Shown piece after piece: positions 58,130 to 64,000 of a stretch of DNA of 64,000 nt (position 1 is its first letter; each line of letters opens with the position of its first letter). The notes beneath the pieces are model-generated. The model was not told the DNA's origin, did no database searches, and saw only the letters and a program-made list of their open reading frames with translations. The stretch lies in assembly GCF_009914755.1 (NCBI RefSeq), contig NC_060926.1; one strand, written 5' to 3'. Made by a program: the position numbers and the translations under genes. This DNA is from the human T2T-CHM13v2.0 reference genome, Homo sapiens.

Positions 58130-58989
58130 ACACATTCAAAATAGTTAAAAAAAATCTGTGAAGTTTAACTTGCTCTTGGATCCAACTTCCTCCCAGCATA
58201 GTATAACACAGTTAAGAGAAAGGAGCCCAATTTACAGTTTCCTCCCTTTGGTGGAAAGAGCAGAGTAGATCTTGTTCTGACCTATCTATGGGCTTTCTTA
58301 AGAAATTATTTTTGTTTCACCTGACTAGGAACTCAGATAGGCAATGGTGTTATAGTTTGGTTCTAAGCCTGGAAACCACAGAAAGTAGTGGATAGGTGCC
58401 ATAATGCATGAAAACTACAGAGGGACTGCAGAACCATAAACACCTTCGGCAGAAATTATGGGAAGAGAGAGATACAACAGCAGAATATCTAAGTTCTGAA
58501 GAAGGAGCAGGAAGTGACTCTTTGGGAAATTAAATCATTTAAAAAGCAGCTCAGAAAAACTGAGTTTGGGGAAGCACAAACACAGGCTTGAAAACTACAT
58601 GCTCAGAAAAGATCTGAAAAAAACCTAAATCTTCACTTCGGACTGTTTCCAAGGCTCAAAGTCTCATTAATTAGTAAATATTTTCCACATCAATCAGCAA
58701 AAACTGGAAGAGGTGGCTTCTTTATTATTTCAAATACTCACATTTGAACAAAAGATTACTAAGCATACAAAAAATGGGGAAAATGAAATGGAAATAATAA
58801 AATACCCAGAAAATGTTCCTGAAGAAGCACATCAGTTGGACCTACATGGCAAAGACTTTAAGACAACTATCTAAAATATGTTCAAGAATTGTAGGTAGAC
58901 AAAGAACTAAGGAAATTAGTAAAAATACGTATGAACAAAATTAAAATATTAACAGAAAAATTATAAAAAAGAACCAAACAGTAATTCTG

Positions 58990-59225
58990 CTTTTGGTAGC
59001 ATATTAGGGCAACTAGAGTTAACAATAATTTATTGTATATGCCGAAATAACTAAAAGAGAAGAATTGGACTATCCTTAACACACAACACAAAAAGTAATA
59101 AATGCTTGAGGTGATGGATACCCCAATTACCCTGACTTGATAATCACACTTGCATGCCTGTATCAAAACATCACATGTAACCCATACAAATGTGCAAGTA
59201 TTATGTGCTCATAAAAATTAAAAAT
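58990..59225 (+). mobile_element. Short L1MA 3'-end insertion nested in the older L1
   Basis: aaatgcttgaggtgatggataccccaattaccctga motif, flanked by a taattctg duplication (58982-58989 and 59226-59233). Confidence 0.75.
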
Positions 59226-60681
59226 TAATTCTGGAGCTGAAAAATATAACAACTGAATTGAAAAATTCATTGGAGAAGTTCAATAGCAAACTTGGAGAGA
59301 CAGAAGAAACAATCAGTGAACTTGAATGCAAGTCATTTGAAGTTGCCAAGTCTAAAGACCAAAAGGAAAAAAGATTGAAAAAAAAGTAAGCAATGCCTAA
59401 GGGATTTTTGAAACACCATCAGGCAGAACAATATACACCTTATGTAAATTCCAGAAGAAGAAATTGAGAAAGAAACAGATAGATTATTTGAGGAAACAAG
59501 GGCTGAAACTTCCTAAATTTGAAGAAATACATACACAAATAAAAGAAGCTTGACAAACTTCAAGCAGAATGAACACAAAAATATCATATCAAGACACATA
59601 ATAATCAAACTGTCAGAAGACAAAGATAATCTTTAAAGTAGAAGAAGGAAAGTGATTCATCATGTACAAATAACCCTCATAATATTATTAGTGATTTTCT
59701 CATTAGTAACCTTACAAGCCAAGAGGCAGTGAGATGATATATTTAAAGGACTGAAAGAAAAACAAATACTGTCAAACAAGAATTCTACATCCAGCAAAAA
59801 ATGTTCTTCAAAAATGAGGCGAAATTAAGACATTCCAAGACAAGGAAAGGCTGAGGGAGTTCATTAACACTAGATCTACCTGACAAGAAATGCTAAAGAA
59901 AGTTCTTCAAGTTAAAAAGAAAAATGAAATGATGCTAGACAGTAACTCAGAGCCATATGAAATTATGTAAATTTTAACAAATGTAAATACATTAACAAAT
60001 ATAAAAAATAGTATTATCATAATTTAGCTCATATATCCACTTTTTATTTTCTAAAGGATTTAAAAGACAAATGCATGAAACAGATAATAAATTTATGCTA
60101 ATGGATACAGAATGTAAAAAGATATAATTTTGGAACCTCAATAACATAAAATGGGTAGGGGGCAAATGTGTTAAAAAGTAGAGTTTTTGTATGCAGTTAA
60201 GTTTACTTGGTATCAGTTAAAAATTAGAGTCACATAATCCTTGTAGTAAGCACAAAGAAAATATTCCTAAAATATGCATAAAGGAAATGAGAACTGAATC
60301 AAAATGTGTCACTAAAAAGTTCAACTAAATACAAAGGAAGACAGTAATGGAAGAAATGAAGGACAAAACAACTGTAAGATGCAGAAAACAACAAAATGGC
60401 AAAAGAACGTTCTTCTCTATTACTAATTACTTAAAGTATAAATGGGTTAAACACTTTAATCAAAAGAGACAGAATGACAAAATGGATTTTAAAAGCAGAA
60501 TCCAACTGTATGTTATCCATAAGATATTCACTTTAGATCTAAGAATACATGTAGGTTGAAAGTGAAAGAATGGAAAAATATACCCCATGTAAACAGAAAC
60601 CAAAAGAGAGGGGAAAAAATGACATTGTATGATGATAACGGCATCAATTTACCAGGAAGAGATAATAATTAAAAACATATA

Positions 60682-60980
60682 CAAATGGTCTGCAGCTTAA
60701 TAAAATTTGACTTACAATTTTTTTAACTTTATGACAGTGTGAAAGCAATACACATTCAGTACCATATTCAATATATTATATGATATTTTTAATACTTTGT
60801 GTTAGATGATTTTGCCAAACTGTAGGCTAGTGTATGTGTTCTGAGCACATTTAAGGTAGGCTAGGCTAAGTTATGATGTTTGGTAGGTTAGATGTGTTAA
60901 ATGCATTTTCAATGTATGATATTTTCCATTTAAAATGGGTTTCTTGAGACGTAACCCCATTGTAAATTGAGGAACATCTG
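60682..60980 (-). mobile_element. MER47A-like Tigger element nested in L1
   Basis: Homologous to 22189-22560 (ttagatgattttgcc...ggctaggctaag...gaggaacatctg). Confidence 0.78.
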
Positions 60981-61132
60981 CATGCACCAAACATCAGAGC
61001 TCCAAAATATATTAAATAAATACTAACAGATTGAAGAGGAAATAAACAGCTCTACAATAATAGTAAATGACTTCAGTATGCCATTTTCAATCATGGAGAG
61101 ACAACTAAACAAAATTGGGAAATAGAGGATGT

Positions 61133-61509
61133 TGATATGGTTTGGCTATGTCCCCACCCAAATCTCATCTTCAATTGTTCTTCCCATAATCCCCACATGT
61201 CGTGAGAAGGACCAGGTGGAAGGTAATTGAATCATTGGGGTGATTACTCCTATGCTGCTTTTCTCATGATAGTGAGTGAGTTCTCATGAGATCTGATTGT
61301 TCTGTAAGGAGCTTTTCCCCCTTTTGCTTGGCACTTCTCCTTCCTGCCACCTGGTGAAGAAGGATATGTTTGCTTTCCCTCCACCATGATTGTAAGTTTC
61401 CTGAGGTCTCCCTAGGTATACAGAACTGTGACTCAATTAAACCTCTTTCCTTTATAAATTACCCAGTCTCAGGCAGACCTTTATAGCAGCATGAGAACAG
61501 ACTAATATA
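61133..61509 (+). mobile_element. THE1-type (THE1D-like) solo LTR
   Basis: tgatatggtttggct...gactaatata with a perfect 5-bp TSD gatgt (61128-61132 and 61510-61514). Confidence 0.92.
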
Positions 61510-62707
61510 GATGTGAATAAAACTATAGATTTATTTAACCTATCTATCTATAATTTATATACATATATTGTTTTATATATACATATATAAAACAATAGCA
61601 AAATACACAGTTTTCTCAAATGCACATAGCACACTCCCCAGGATAAATTATATCTTAGGCCACAAAATGAGTCTTAATAAATTTTAAAAGTCTGAATATA
61701 TACAAAATATATTTTCAAATTACAATGGGATAAAACTAGAAATCAATAGCAGAAGGAAAAACAAAAACACCCTCAAATATGTGAAAATTAAACAATATAC
61801 TATCAACTTATGGGTCAAAGAAGAAATAATGAGGGAACTTACCAAACTTCCCAAAACTTAAGGGATACAACAAAAACAATGTTAAGAGTAAAATTTATAG
61901 TTGTAAATTCTTCATTAATAAATAAGAAAGATCTTATACCAACAACTTAACTTTACACCTTAGGGAACTAGAGAAAGAACAAACTGAAAGGTATTAAGTA
62001 GAAGGAAATAATAAAGATTAGACCAGGAATAAAATAGAGAATAAAAACAGTAGAGAAAATCAAGAAAACCAAGAGTTGGTTCGTTAAAAAAAAAAAAAAA
62101 AAAAAAAAAAATCAACGAAATTGACAAGTCTTTAGCTAGATTGCCTAAGGAAAGAAAGACTCAGCTAAAATCATAAATGAAAGAGGTAAAATAGCAACTG
62201 AGTTTATAGAAATAAAAAGGATTATAAGAGGGTACTATGAATAATTGTATGTCAACAAATTGGATAATCTAGATGAAATGGATAAATTCCTAGAAATACA
62301 CAGCTTGTCAAGACTGAATTATGCTAAACTATAGTGAACAAATTTAGAAACAGTAAAGAAATTGAACCAATAACTGAAAAACCTCCTAACAAATAAAAGC
62401 TTATGACCAGATACTTTCATTGGTGGATGTCACAAATTTCAAAGAATTAACACTAACCCCCCTCAGACTTTTCCAAAAAACTGAAAAGAGGAAACACTTC
62501 CAAAGCCATGATGCCAGCATTACATTATTACCAAGACCAAAGACTGCAAGAAAACACTACAGAACAATATTACTGATGAATATTGATGCAAAAATCTTCA
62601 ACAAGATATTAGCTAACCAAATTCATCAGTATATTAAAAGGTTTATAGATCATGACCAAGTCGGTTTTATCCCGGGAATGCAAGCAAGTTTCAACATACA
62701 AAAATCA

Positions 62708-63034
<327 letters not shown>

Positions 63035-64000
63035 TTAACAGAATGATCTGTCTCAAATGATGCAGGAAAACCATTTGACGAAAGTTAAATAGTTTACATG
63101 GATAAAAGGACTCAGCAGAGCAGGAAGAGAAGGAAATTACCTCAACATTGTTAAGGTCATATATGAAACATCTACAGCTAACATTGTCCTCAGTGGTGAA
63201 GAAATGAAGTATTTCCTCTGAGATCAGGGACAAACAAAAAAACAATGACTACTTTTGCCACTTCTATTTAACATAGTACTGAAAATGCTAGTCAGAAAAA
63301 TTAGGCAAGAAAAAGGGGGAAAGGCATTCTAATTGGATGAGTAGAAAAATTGTTGTTTATAGATGACATGGTCATAATGTAGAAACCCCTGAAGAACACC
63401 AAAAAAATTGTTATAACTAATGAATTAATTCAGCAAAGTTGCCAGACATAAAATCAACACAGAAAAATAAGCTGCATTCTGTATAATTACACTGAACAAT
63501 CTAAAAACAATTAAGGGGAAAATCCACTTACATTAATAACAAACAGAATAAAATACTTAGGAATACATTTAACCAAGGAATTGAAAGACTTGTACTTTGT
63601 CAGCTACAAAATATTGCTGTAAGAAATTAAAGAGAATGCAAAAAAGTAGAAAGACACCTCATGTTTATAGATTGGAAGACTTAATATTATTAAAATGTTA
63701 ATTCTACTCAAAGTAATTCATAGAATCAATGGAATCCTTATCAAAATACCAATAATTTTTTTTTGCAGAAATAGAAAATTTATCCTAAAGTTCATTAGTT
63801 TCTCAAGAGACTCTTAATAGGAAAACAATCTTAAAATAGAATAAAAATGCAGATGTCTTATTTACTGATTTCAAATCTTACTACAAAGCTACCGTAATCA
63901 AACAGTGTGATACTGATATAAAGACAGACTTATAAAGCAAAGACATGGAATAAAGAGCCCAGAGATAAACTCTTCCATACATGATCAAATGATTTTTACC

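Overview
Primate (human-like) genomic DNA covering the middle of FSIP2 (fibrous sheath-interacting protein 2, a sperm flagellum scaffold) on the + strand. Ten coding exons can be joined in frame from their GT-AG boundaries. They are probably exons 10-19; that numbering is from recalled annotation. Two are giant adjacent coding exons, 29722-38605 (8,884 nt) and 40776-50212 (9,437 nt). The introns are mostly transposon debris: two young L1PA2-type insertions with target-site duplications (TSDs), one of them a twin-primed 5' inversion, older L1s, about 10 Alus, two MST-type MaLR proviral remnants, a THE1 solo LTR, three MER47-like Tigger elements, and MIR/L2 pieces. There is no prokaryote-type system, CRISPR array or structural RNA gene. 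The most interesting signals are: (1) a large array of AKAP-like amphipathic helices in the giant exons; (2) a nested ~160/325/650-aa repeat hierarchy in the second giant exon; (3) splice-site architecture that could allow recursive or in-frame removal of both giant exons; (4) several inverted repeat pairs in the pre-mRNA. Repeat subfamily names come from recalled consensus features and need RepeatMasker confirmation.
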